A stretch of DNA of 63,940 bases, counting the filler, from Hyphochytrium catenoides (lineage: Eukaryota; Protista; Hyphochytriomycota): assembly GCA_900088475.1 (NCBI GenBank). It is 4 parts of 4 records of this genome, joined end to end, with 100 filler letters (N's around TTAATTAATTAA, not from the genome) between each part and the next. Parts side by side here need not be neighbours in the genome. Positions count along the whole stretch, not along the records: positions 27,784 to 57,250 come from FLMG01001903.1; positions 57,351 to 61,155 come from FLMG01001550.1; positions 61,256 to 63,940 come from FLMG01000134.1; 1 more part is not named here. One strand, 5' to 3'. The position numbers were made by a program, and so were the translations under genes. Under the pieces are notes generated by a model. That model was not told where the DNA came from, did no database searches, and saw nothing but the letters and a program-made list of their open reading frames with translations. Of this stretch, positions 50,108-61,625 are shown piece after piece. How positions within the stretch are numbered: the stretch's first letter is position 1; each line of letters begins with the position of its first letter.

Positions 50108-52403
50108 ATGCAGCGGTTTACTCCAGCCCTCCTCTCGGACTGGCTGGTGCTCTTCTAAAACAATGGCACGCTCTCCTGGTCTCCCTTCCCATGCCATCGT
50201 TGCTCTTGAGGCAGTCTGCAGATGCCGTGAGATGAAGATCTGACCCTCGTTGTCAGAAGCTGCATCTGTACATCTTCTTGGTTGACTGAACCCAGATCAG
50301 TCTCTTTTGAAGCCCTCCTTGTCATCTTGCATTATGCTGCCCACAGTTCTGTCGCAGTCCGCTCGCCGAGGGCTTGCCAATGGCAACAATGCCCTGAAGG
50401 CACTGTCTGGTTCCCAGGTGGGGAGTGGTTGGAGCTTTCGTACACCATAGTTTGTCTCCTAGACTCCTTTGACTAACCGTTTTTTGTACAGCTATTAGCG
50501 CCGCGGGACCAACAGATTCGCCGCCTGAACCTCCATGAGCATCAGTCTATGGACATAATGAACAAGTATGGCGTGAAGACCCCTCGAGGAATCGTTGCCC
50601 ACACCGCGGAAGAGGCTAAGAGGGCATTTAAGGAGCTTAGTGCTAGTCCAGGTCCTATTATGACACAGCTCGTATTTGGTTTCTCGCGCGTTCTACAGTT
50701 CCCTTCTTGGTGACACTCCCTACTCATCTGTAGTGACTCATATCTTTCTTACCACCAGCAGGAAAAGATGTCGTCCTTAAGGCTCAGGCTCTTACCGGTG
50801 GCCGTGGCCTGGGCTACTTCAAGTCAGGACTAAGAGGAGGCGTCCACATGTGCTACTCGTAAGCATCATCCTGCTATCTTCCGATTATAGGACTCTCGAA
50901 CTGACTGCGTTGCGTTCTTGCTTCAGGGCGGAAGAGGCCGCTTCCTTAGCAGAGAAGATGCTAAACCAGACTCTTGTCACAAAGCAGACAGGAGCTGCGG
51001 GGATCAAAGTCGGCAAGGTCAGCGACCGCTGACAAGTCTAAAACGTAGCCGGGCTTCTCAACTGCTCAACTGCTCACTTATTGGTGTATCACTTCCGCTT
51101 CAAGGTGTTCTTAATGGAGAGAATATACATGCGCCGTGAGATGTACTTCTCAATCCTTTTCGATAGAGCCAGAGGTGGCCCAGTCATGGTTGCCTCACCA
51201 GCAGGTGGAACTTCCATTGAAGACGTCGCAGCAGCTACTCCTGAGCTCATCTTTACGGTAAGTGACCATAGGCAACGCACCCGCCAAGGCAGTAGTTTAC
51301 CGAGACGACGTAAGGGTGGATAGAGTTTAACAATGGAACAGGATGTGGCAATGGATCTATCAGAGACAGAAAGGAACGCCACCAGGAGGAATGGAGTCAA
51401 AAGAACTTACTGGTGCCGAATGTTTTTATCTACCAATTTAGGAATCTATCGACATCATGAAGGGACCACAAGAAGATCAGCTTAAGAGGCTTGCTCAGGG
51501 TCTCAGGATCTCCCCTGAAGCGACTCCCAAAGCAATTGAACAGATGCGCAACCTCTACGATATGTTCCTCAAGGTTGATGCCACCCTTGTAGAGATCAAC
51601 CCCATGGCTGAGACACCAGAGGGAGAGATCCTTTGCTCAGACGCTAAGATTAACTTTGACGACAATGCGGAGTTTCGGCAAAAGGATATCCACAAGCTCC
51701 GTGACACATCCCAGGAAGATCCTCGTGAGGTTGAAGCCAAGAAAGCTGATCTGAACTACATTGGGCTTGATGGCAACATTGGCTGCCTTGGTAGGTGAAA
51801 TGCTGCCGAATAATTACAGTCTTATTGTCTTCCTAGTTTGAACTAAATAGCTGCTTTTCGCCGCAGTGAATGGTGCTGGTCTCGCTATGGCCACGATGGA
51901 CATCATCAAGCTCAAGGGAGGCAGCCCTGCTAACTTCCTTGATGTCGGTGGTGGTGCAACGGAGTCTCAGGTGACAAAGGCCTTTGAGATTCTTGACGCT
52001 GATAAGAAGGTAAAGAAATAGCAGACATTGACCGAACTGTCAGTTGTCTGATCGTTCCTGCCTTTTCTGCATCCTCTCTGCCATGTTGATCACGACATCC
52101 CTCCTCTCCTTATTGTAGGTAAAGGCCATCCTCGTTAATATCTTTGGCGGTATCATGCGTTGCGATGTCATCGCCAATGGTATTATCGCCGCTGCCAAGA
52201 AGCTTGGCTTGAAGAAACCTTTGGTTATTCGGCTGGAAGGCACAAATGCCGAGCAGGCCCGCGAGCTTATCCAAAACAGTGGCTTTAAGATGCTGACCGC
52301 TGTAGATCTTGAGGATGGTGCTAACAAAGCAGTCAAGATCGCTGACATTGTGAAGGACGCCGATGAGATCAACGTCAACATTCAGTTCGAGCTGGCCCGC
52401 TAG
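50108..52403 (+). CDS. Mitochondrial succinyl-CoA ligase beta subunit (ATP vs GTP specificity not determinable)
   Basis: [98 protein letters not shown]. First exons approximate. Confidence 0.95.
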
Positions 52404-52647
52404 ACGGAAATTAACGGGTGGGGATTAAAGACAAAGGGTATGGATCTTGATCTATAGGTAGAGACAAGATTGATGGCAAGAGTAGGATGTGACAATCGTG
52501 GGTCGGTGGAGAGATGTTTACACTGTTAGGAAGAGGGATAGGTTAAGAAGCAGGGCTAAGATGAAATAGTCTAATAGCTAAAATCTGAGGCCGTCAGAGT
52601 ACCCTAGCACTCTCACTCCGGATTATGAGGGCGCGACACCGCTCCAG

Positions 52648-53320
52648 TCAATCTTCCTCGTCGATAAAGCGGATATGGGTGTTCTCAATCTTTGCTGAGA
52701 GTGCAGCTACCGCCTCATCTTCCTCCGAAGGTTCAACTAGACCATCCATGGTGGATGTGTCCTCTTCCTCAGCTGGCTCTTCTACCTCATCATCCGATTC
52801 GTAAAGGTCTGCCTCCTCTTCTTCTAGCTCTGGCTCCGCATCGTCATCAGTCTCAGCCTTGGGCACCTCTTCTTCTCCTACAAGTTGACCTTCCTCATCG
52901 TAAAGAAAGCGCGTATGGCGGCCTTGGAAGACCGGAAGCCCTTTCTTGACATTCTCTTCATTCTTTCGATCCAGAAAGACTGAGGTTAAACGCATGTCTG
53001 GCGCCACCATGCCAAACTCAATAGTTGCACTCCTACCTTGAAAAATGAGCTCTTTCCTCCAATCTCGGGGTTGTCTCTGACTGCTTGGTTCAATTGCTGC
53101 ATGGCCCATAGGGGGCATAGGGGGATGTTAGTTTATTTAAAGAACAAGAACAAAAAGGTGGAGTTCTCCTGGAAGCATCTGCTCTGACCTCAATCATCAG
53201 CTTCGTATAGTCCGCCGCCTGCTTTTCATAGTCTTCGAGTGAGATTTTAGCACAGAAGTTGCCGGATTCATCGCCTTTCTTGAGCTCGGTCATTTTGCCT
53301 TCAGTGTCTACAATGGCCAT
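52648..53320 (-). CDS. Hypothetical two-exon protein with an acidic C-terminus
   Basis: ATG at 53320 (MAIVDTEGK...), a GT donor after ...LMIE, and a second exon ending NTHIRFIDEED*. Confidence 0.6.
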
Positions 53321-53905
53321 TCTTAAAAGACGAAATCTATTGACACTGAATCCAGACTATGATCAGTTAAGGTTGTCGTTGAGTCCAACTTGATGGAAGA
53401 GGAAGGAATGCAGCAGTACGAGCGAGGTCGTGCGTAGCCGTCTTACTTTCTCCGTTGGGCCGATAGGAGGATAGACAAAGGGAGGTTATCCTAGAACTGG
53501 AAGCAAAGCGAGAGCTCCAGCGGATACGATAGAGACAATGATGGCCTATGTAGAATCTACGTATGATTGAAGAGGGCTTCAGAAGCTGCTGTCATTCAGA
53601 GTGCAGAGCAAGCTGCAGAGCCGCAGGAAGATCCATAGAGAAAAGCTGCTCAAGATCTCCTTGTGAGCATCGATTTTGTATCACCTTTCTAACGGCTACA
53701 ATCCCAGTGTTACCCTTGGATCTAGGGCCAAGTACAAGTAATACAATAGATGTTTGTGTTCTTTCTGACACTCGTACGAGCTTGTCCGGCCAAGAACACC
53801 CAAATTCTGTTCGAGCACGTTACAACAGTTACCGTCTAGATTCTATATATAAACCTAATTACCATACAGATTCCCAACAAAATGTACCGGTTTCGTTGCC
53901 AGCAA

Positions 53906-56900
53906 TTAGATGCTATTGATGCTCTGGCTGTCAATGTCAACAATAGTGCGGTGGGATTTCCTTTCACGGACCATTTTCTCAGTCATAGCGTAGCCATCGT
54001 CTTCCACCGCCAGAAGAGCATCCTTTGCCGCAGCCAGTGCTTCGTGCTCAGTTAAGGCCCCAAGGCTTGCATCTCTGGCCTTCTTCATTGCTTCATAGAC
54101 CCGGAGATAATCACGGGTCTTGCGAGCAAAGCGGCGAACACGTTCTAAAGGCAGGAAAGTCGAACCAAGAGAGAGAAGCACGTTGCGGCCAAGGTTTTTC
54201 GCCAAGAAGTCGTTCGTCTTGCGACGGAAGGAGAGTTTGGACTTTCCCCAACAGTACTCAATACCGACCCCTGCTACCTCAGGATGACATTTAGGAGATA
54301 ACAGCAGGATGTGACCGCGGCGATGCACCATGGCCTTGATCTTGGACATCTCTCCAGCAAAGTCGGGGCATTTGGCCAGCAGCTCTTTCATCTCCTCAAG
54401 CTTCATCTTTTGTCCTGGATGAAGGAGGCCACGTTCCAATAGCACCTGCCTCAAACCTTTTGGTTTGCCCAGGTAGCCCTCTACTGTGAATGCTCTTTCT
54501 TCTTCCTGCATGCTCTCTTCTTGCTCCCCTTCTTCTGAAGCAGCCTTACTAGCAGCTGCTGCGTTGGCTGCTGGATTCTTCTTGGCTAGTTTCTTCCTGT
54601 TGCTCCTGCCATCAACACCATCAGCCTTACTGTTCTTTCTTTTCTTGGCCACAAGGTCCTTTCTGATTAAGGTATCAGGCTGTTGGTTCTCGATGCTGCT
54701 AGTTCTTGATGCTTGTGTCTCACTCTCATTTTCCTTGTCCTGTCTAGAGGTCGTCGGCCCCACCAAAGCTGTCATGGTAGTAGTCAGGTAACGGTCGTGA
54801 GGTTCAGCCGAGGGATCATCCATTTCTCCCCTGGTTGAAAGACGAGGGACTGAACATCTCCAGGTTTGAGGTAAGCTCCCTGGCCTAGGCACTCAGCCGT
54901 GACGGTAGTGGACCTCATCTTTGGCTGTTTGCCACCCCAAGATGCATTCATGCGCTTAGCTTTAAGTGCGCCTTCGTCCATCTTGGTGTGTCCTGAACTC
55001 CAATCAATCTCAATTACCAATTGGCGGTTGGGATAGATTATCTCGAAGCTGTCTAACAAGAGCTCGAGCTGCGCGAAAAGGCAGTCGCAGTTCCAGAAAC
55101 CGTCTCTGTCAGGACCCGAACCGTACTTGAAAAATATCAAGCCTGGAGACGCTGTCGGATAAGTGTCGTATCGCTGTAAAAGAGGCTTGCCAGAACGGCT
55201 TGGATGAGAATTGATGGTGTCAATCTCCTCAGGGGTGAGAGGGAAGCCAAATCCCCGCTCTTCGTCAACGAATGCTGAGACCATAATGCCTGACCCATCT
55301 CCCTTTTTATGTTTCCGTATCTCTCCGTCAACCTGCCATTCCTTCTTGGGGAAGGACGAGCTTTTGTAACAAGATTCGTCCTGGCCAATGTGATACACAA
55401 CCAGGTCACACTTGCACACTCTGGGGTCGTGCTGGAACTTGCAGTTCTGCTTGGCTATGAGGGCTTGCTCATCAAAATCTTTTCTGACTTCTCCACCAAG
55501 TCCCTCACAGCTTACTCTCGCGCTGTCGTACAGCGTCCCTTTAAGTCCATCAACATGGACTTGTTCTTGATGGCCATTGTCTCTCCCTACTGTTATCCAT
55601 AAGGGCTGTCGTAGCGCGAGCTCATTACGGATAGCAATATACTCGTCGCGGTACTTCACCACATCTGGTCTGTTATGGGCGTCAGTGTAGTAGCACTGCT
55701 TGGCGTCAGCATACTTGCAGCCGGCCATCAGCATCCAACGGTGGGCGGTAGAACCAGCTATTCCTTTTCGAATGTCTATTCCGCGTTTATTTAATATGTC
55801 GATTACGTCATCCCTGGTTTCCTCGTCATCTTCAGTCAGGAGCTCCATCATCTTATCTGATATGAACCTTCGAGCTATCTCGACTGTGACATCCTGGCTT
55901 TCCTTAACAAAAGTCTTGATGGCCCCGAGCATGCCTGGAAATAGAGCGATGATAGACTCCCTCTGCCACTTGCCTCTGCCGTCCTCAGGAAAGCCACCAT
56001 ACTTCTTGTAGGTGTTGAACCAAGCGAGCAGCAATTCTTTGGATACCTTGGCCGGCTCGTCTAAAGCGTTTCTTTCTATGACAACACCAGCCATCTCTGA
56101 AATGGTTGTCTGCACTACTACACCCAAAGGCTGTTTAGGGTGCTCCTCCTCCTGCTCCGAAGAATGGCTTGCCATTACAGCAGCGGTCAAGGACGAGGCT
56201 TTCTTCATAAAGTGTCTCTGATTTTGAGGGTTCCTCGGGATAGCCTGAGTATTCCCCTCGGCTTGTCCTCCAGCTATCTCTTTCCGGTCATCAAGAAGTC
56301 GCAGTAGATCCTCGAGGCTCTCATCAAACGTTTCAGCTCGTTCAAAGTCCCTAGTGGCGCTTTCCCTCAGCAGTTGGGCCACCAGCGTTGCTTGTAGAGT
56401 GACTCGTTGTAGTTGAGCGGGACTGACGGCCTCGGAAGGAACCCTAGAGAGGCGTTCACTTTTACCATTATCGTCTCTTGAGGGATTCGAGACTTCACCG
56501 CCGTATTTGAAGCAATACCGAGTCGCGTCGCCTTCCTCATCATTTACTTCCTCGCTGATAAGAAGAAGCTCGTAGGCTTTGCCGCTTGTTGCGAGGTCAA
56601 TGAGTTTCTGAGCTTGGCTCTTAGCGTCTTCTGCTCTTTGTCGCAGAAGGTCTGCCTTCGACATCAGATAGCGCAGGTGATCAAATTCGGCTCTGCTCAG
56701 CGCCGCCAGCGCAGAACCTCCTTCTCCAAACTCGCAATGGAGCCGTAGTCTTACGCGTCTGGGAATATCTTCCAGCTTCCGCACGTGCTTTAAGTCCTTA
56801 TGGGTCTGCCAATGTAGCATTGTCAATCGAGGCCACCTTAGCTCCCTTCTTACTCTTTCGTAGGCAAGCAAGTCAGGTGCTGTCGGCTTCGTTGTAGAGA

Positions 56901-57202
56901 CAGCCGATGTCGCAGCAGCTCTGACATCAGTCTTCNNNNNNNNNNNNNNNNNNNNNNNNNNNNNNNNNNNNNNNNNNNNNNNNNNGCTGCCCGCCTTGGG
57001 ATAATAGGTCACCTCACAGCGCCAGCGCTTGCCACTTTGTAACGCCTGCAGTCGCGGGCGCCGAAGTCTTCCTTCGAGAAGGACTTTCTGTGGGTCTTCC
57101 CACCAGTACTCGTACGAAGGCATTGTAAGAAAGCCTATATGCGCAAGGCGCCGACAGCTGAGCTTGGACTGCAATTTTCCACGGCTGGAAAAAGCTTTAC
57201 GC
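53906..57202 (-). mobile_element. Large IS630/Tc1/mariner-superfamily DDE transposase gene, intron-containing, 5' end lost in the gap
   Basis: HTH-like STAHRWM, YYTDAHNRPDVVKYR, catalytic GQDES, IDWSSGH, KGLRQVLLERG, and LSPKCHPEVAGVGIEYCWGKSK...R. Two overlapping ORFs (54784-57174 and 53906-54892) can be joined by a 62-nt intron. TIRs were not identified. Confidence 0.8.
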
Positions 57203-57250
57203 CTTGAAAAAAAAAGTGAAGTTAGCAGAGATCCTAAGCTACCAGATGCG

Positions 57251-57350
57251 NNNNNNNNNNNNNNNNNNNNNNNNNNNNNNNNNNNNNNNNNNNNTTAATT
57301 AATTAANNNNNNNNNNNNNNNNNNNNNNNNNNNNNNNNNNNNNNNNNNNN
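57251..57350. other. Artificial contig-joining linker
   Basis: N-run / TTAATTAATTAA / N-run. Confidence 0.95.
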
Positions 57351-57380
57351 AGAGAGAGAGAGAGAGAGAGAGAAAGAGCA

Positions 57381-57746
57381 ATGGTTTCTAGCCTTCTTGA
57401 GACCGTCCTTCCGCCTGAGGCGAAGGAGAAGCTGAAGGAAAGCTACAAAGACTGCGAGATCCATGGTAGCCTCAAGCTCAGCCTCTCCGGCATTGGCCTG
57501 CCAATTATCCCGGATCTGATCATTGAATATCGGAAGCTGCGCGTGCTCAATCTCTCGAACAATAAGATAGACTTAGTGCAGGACGAGATCTTCAACAATC
57601 TCCGCTTCTTAGAGATTGTGAATCTGGCCAACAATGTCATCCGCGCCATCCCCTTCTCGCTCACCACGCTCACGAGGCTGCGGAAGCTCTATCTCAACCA
57701 CAATAAGATCACAGAGCTCCCAGAGACAGCTGGTAAGAGTGCACAG

Positions 57747-57778
<32 letters not shown>

Positions 57779-58516
57779 TCTCTTACCCGCACTCTCTCTC
57801 GCACTCTCTCTCTCTCTCTTCCCCTTTCTCTCTCTCTCTCTTCCCCTTTCTTTCTCTCTCTCTCCGTCGGGTGTACAGCGATTTATTAGCCCTTTATATT
57901 TCTTGATGTCCCTCTACTGCCCCTGCGTTTCGCCATCATTCCGTTCTTTCACCAGCTTGCCCAGTGCTAGAACACCTTCTTCTGGTCCCGTAACTCTTTT
58001 CTACCTGTTCTGTTCTATCTCCTCTTCCCTCTTTCTCCTTTCTTCTTTCTTAGTGGGTCTTCGAAACCTGAAATTGTCTCTCCCATGTTTTCGCCACTTA
58101 TTCACCCACTGCCCCTTCTCGTCTTAAGGCTCTTTGATAGTGCTGGAAGAGCTGCACCTCCAGAACAATCTCCTGAGCTATCTTCCTCGCACTCTCTCCA
58201 ACCTGGAAAGACTAAAACTATTAAACGTCCAGTACAACGATATTAAGGAAGTGCCGGAAGATCTAGCCCATCTCTCTCTCTCCATCGTCAACCTAGAAGG
58301 AAACCCGCTACAGAAATGTCCAGAGAAGCTCTTAAGGTCTCTCTCTATTCCTGTGTGTCTCTCTCTCTCTGTCTCTCTCTCTCTCTTTCTTTCTCTCTCT
58401 TCAATCTCTTTTGTGTTCTCACTTCTCTCCGTTGCCAAGCTTGTTTCTTCCAGCTGTCTACCGTCCGTCGACCATCCATGGACTCTTCTGTGGGACCATC
58501 TTCGCTGGAACTTTTT

Positions 58517-58591
<75 letters not shown>

Positions 58592-58940
58592 CTCTCTCTC
58601 TCTCTCTTTTGTCCTCACGTTCTCTCTTCCTTCGACAGCTAGAGTTCAAACGCCTAACCTCTTGCTCTCTAGACTGAACGTCAAGCACATGCTCCTGACA
58701 TCTAGCGCCAAGCGGAAAGAGTTGGTCAAGCGTGCACTGAAGGTACGCAATAACGTCGCTGCCGCTCAGGCTTTACATGAGAAGGCCGTAGAGATAGACG
58801 CACCGAAGAACGATGTTCCCTATTCTGCCGGCGAACTCTTTGCCCATCAGAAGGCTGCACTTCCTCTGACAAGAGAGTATCCGCCAGCTTCCCCCAGTCG
58901 TCGTATTTCTGCTGTTGGCGTGAGGAAGCAAGCTCAGTAG
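57381..58940 (+). CDS. Leucine-rich-repeat protein, three exons separated by (CT)n-rich introns
   Basis: LRVLNLSNNKI, LEIVNLANNVI, LRKLYLNHNKITELP, LEELHLQNNLLSYLP, VNLEGNPL. Introns at about 57732-58128 and 58337-58642. Confidence 0.85.
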
Positions 58941-58968
58941 ACCCATCATAGCTGCGACCCCCCTCTAT

Positions 58969-59251
58969 TGTCTCAGAACCTCAAGTCAATGTAATCTTTC
59001 CTATAGTCCACCGCTTCTTTGTCGGACTATGACTCGCGTCGCTCGTATAGCTCTATAAAAGAGGCTTGGGAGTGAGGTTCTTGGTTGTTTCAGACCAATA
59101 CTGTCACCTGTCTCTTGTGTCTCAGTACCTGAAGTGAATGTAACCTCTCCTACCGTCCACCCGCCCCCGTTCTTACCTCAGACTATGACTCGTGTCGCTC
59201 TTATAGCTCTATAAAAGGAGGCTTGGGAGCGAGATCTTTATCGTTCAAACT
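58969..59251 (+). repeat. Diverged tandem duplication, period 149 nt, each copy with a TATAAAA
   Basis: Copies start TGTCTCAG(A/T)ACCT at 58969 and 59118 and share the core GACTATGACTCG(C/T)GTCGCTC(G/T)TATAGCTCTATAAAAG(G)AGGCTTGGGAG. Confidence 0.85.
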
Positions 59252-59992
59252 CTTAAGGCTGCGCAAGGAGCTTCAAATGATTGATGAGTGACTTCCTCCG
59301 CTTCTTCCTCGCCTCCGAGCTTCGTACCATGAAAGTAGAAGAAGGACCTTGAAAGAAGAAGAAGAAGGGACAGAAGTATAAAGAAAAAGAAAAGAAGAAA
59401 GAACTCTTATTGGAGAGATAATAATCTGTCTGGCGCACAGTCGGCCCATAAACGCATTACATCCGCAAGATGTCAAGAGAGAGAAGCTCCTAAGCAAGAG
59501 AAGAGTCAGAAGAGGAGAAGAGAGAGAGAGAGGATCAAATAGCTTTGCCTGTCAGTTCCCTCAATAATGGGAAGGACGTTTATTATTAGAATTGATCGTC
59601 ACTAAAGAGACCAAGACTTTGTAGCTCTTGTCGTCTTCTTCTTCTTCTGTTACTTCTTCTTTCCTCTTCTCTTCTGCTTCTTCTTCTTCTTTTAGTTCTA
59701 CTTCTTATAGCAGCAGTTAATGCTATAAAATTGTTGTTGGTTCACCTCCGCCTCCACCTCCTGTCCTCTCCCCTTATTATCACTGCACTGAGGAGATCCA
59801 CTATGATGCTTCTCTTTTGTTTATTCTTTAGTTATTGAGAGCTAAGGCCTTACTAAGGCTTACTACTATAACTAAGAAAGGAGTAAGAGAAGAAGAAGAA
59901 GAAGAAGAAGAAGAAGAAGGAGATATATAAGAAGGGAGATAATATTAGGAGGAGGAAATATAAGGAGGAGAAGGAGGAGATAAAGAAAATAT

Positions 59993-60040
59993 AGTAATCA
60001 GAACCACATCTCAACAGTAATCAGAACCACATCTCAACAG
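59993..60040 (+). repeat. Perfect 23-nt tandem duplication AGTAATCAGAACCACATCTCAAC x2
   Basis: Direct inspection. Confidence 0.9.
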
Positions 60041-60228
60041 ATAACTAAATCTGTGTTAAAGGTTTAATCAATACGCTGATCTGGCGTTACATCTCTCTTT
60101 CTAAGGGTCAGAAGATTTTCTATTGGAGGCTAAGGGCCAGTGGCATACCTATACAAGGGACACCACTGTCCCATCTCCCACCTCACCCTTTCATGGCATC
60201 TGCATCCCTTCGTTTCTGGCTCTCTCTC

Positions 60229-60275
<47 letters not shown>

Positions 60276-60581
60276 CTCCCTCCCCACTCTTCGACATGTT
60301 AATGTCCTGTGGTGCCACTTCAACATCCCCATCAGCATAAGTATCTATCTCTATACCATCTCTCTTTCTCTCTTTCTCACTCACTCTCTCTGCTCCTCCA
60401 AGTAATATGAAGCCACTCCTAGCTTTCTCTCTCTTGGAAGGATCGCTTTGCCCGGACTTCACGTCTTTCTGTTATCTGTCATTACCGTCCGCCTGTCTCC
60501 TTTGTCTTCACAAGCTGCTCTCTCTCTCCCACCTATCTGGAGCTGCCAGCTTCTGTCTGTGTGATTCCCTACTTGTCCCTT

Positions 60582-60613
<32 letters not shown>

Positions 60614-61155
60614 GTTCTTTTCCTTATGTGTGGGAGAGAAAGAGTCCCCTTCCCGCCCTTTCCCCTAAACCTTGGGTGTCGGCTGTACCGCAGAAGCGCC
60701 GCAGCTTCCCCATCCAATGCTCAGAATAGCTCGCCGCTGCCCATCACCCCAAAGTGGGCATTCATGAGGAGGTGGAGAGAACAGAGAGGGAGAGAGAAAG
60801 AGAGAGAGAGAAAGAAAGAGAGACAGAGAGCGCTGAGGGAGAAATGAAGGAACCGTAGAGACAGACTCACGCACTGGCACAAGAGAGCAAACGAGGGAAA
60901 GAGAGAGAAAAGAGAAGAGCAGCCAAGACCAGACGCAAACCTAGAAATCGAATCACTAACAAAGCTGCATATTCACCACCGATCTTTCTTCCCCCTTTGC
61001 TGCTTACTATCCGGACCAAGACCAGAAAAGAGTCCCGAGCACATAGAAAATAGATAAGACAGGCGAGAGAGAGAGAGAGAGAGAGAGAAAGAGACGCTCA
61101 CACAAGAAGAAAAGAGAGAGAGAAAGATTAGAGTTCGGTCAAGAGAGAGACACAA

Positions 61156-61255
61156 NNNNNNNNNNNNNNNNNNNNNNNNNNNNNNNNNNNNNNNNNNNNT
61201 TAATTAATTAANNNNNNNNNNNNNNNNNNNNNNNNNNNNNNNNNNNNNNNNNNNN
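61156..61255. other. Artificial contig-joining linker
   Basis: N-run / TTAATTAATTAA / N-run. Confidence 0.95.
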
Positions 61256-61560
61256 GAGAGAGAGAGAGGAGAAGAGGAAAAGAGAGAACAACTGTGTGTG
61301 ATCTCCCAGCACAGAGAAAAGTGGAAGCACAAACTGCTGCGGTCGGCTAATCTTCAGGTAATTATAGCTCCAATCCAGGCCAAACAGAACTTAAGGCGGC
61401 TAAGGATTAGATGGAGCGAAGAATGAATGTGCCTCCGTATGTTGGTGATCATCTAGCCGTTAGCGAACCCAGTCGCTGTCGTTAGCGGCTCTGTGGTTGA
61501 AGTTTGGTTAGCCATCAGCCCAACTGCTACTGTACATTTCTATGGCTTCTGGTGGTTGAC

Positions 61561-61625
61561 TGATGATGACTTCTTCTTCGTCGTCGGTGATGATGACTTC
61601 TTCTTCGTCGTCGGTGATGATGACG
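61561..61625 (+). repeat. 27-nt tandem repeat TGATGATGACTTCTTCTTCGTCGTCGG x2.4
   Basis: Direct inspection. Confidence 0.85.

Noticed and set aside
50372-50388. RFX X-box-like TTGCCAATGGCAAC near the BART gene
   Set aside because: It is an imperfect single site lying within the 5' part of the succinyl-CoA ligase gene, with no evidence of function.
54784-54892. Programmed -1 ribosomal frameshift between the transposase ORFs
   Set aside because: No canonical X XXY YYZ slippery heptamer was seen in the overlap, and the intron model explains the frame change better.
59993-61625. Short direct repeats as a CRISPR-like array
   Set aside because: They are adjacent tandem copies without spacers, there are no cas genes, and the context is eukaryotic.
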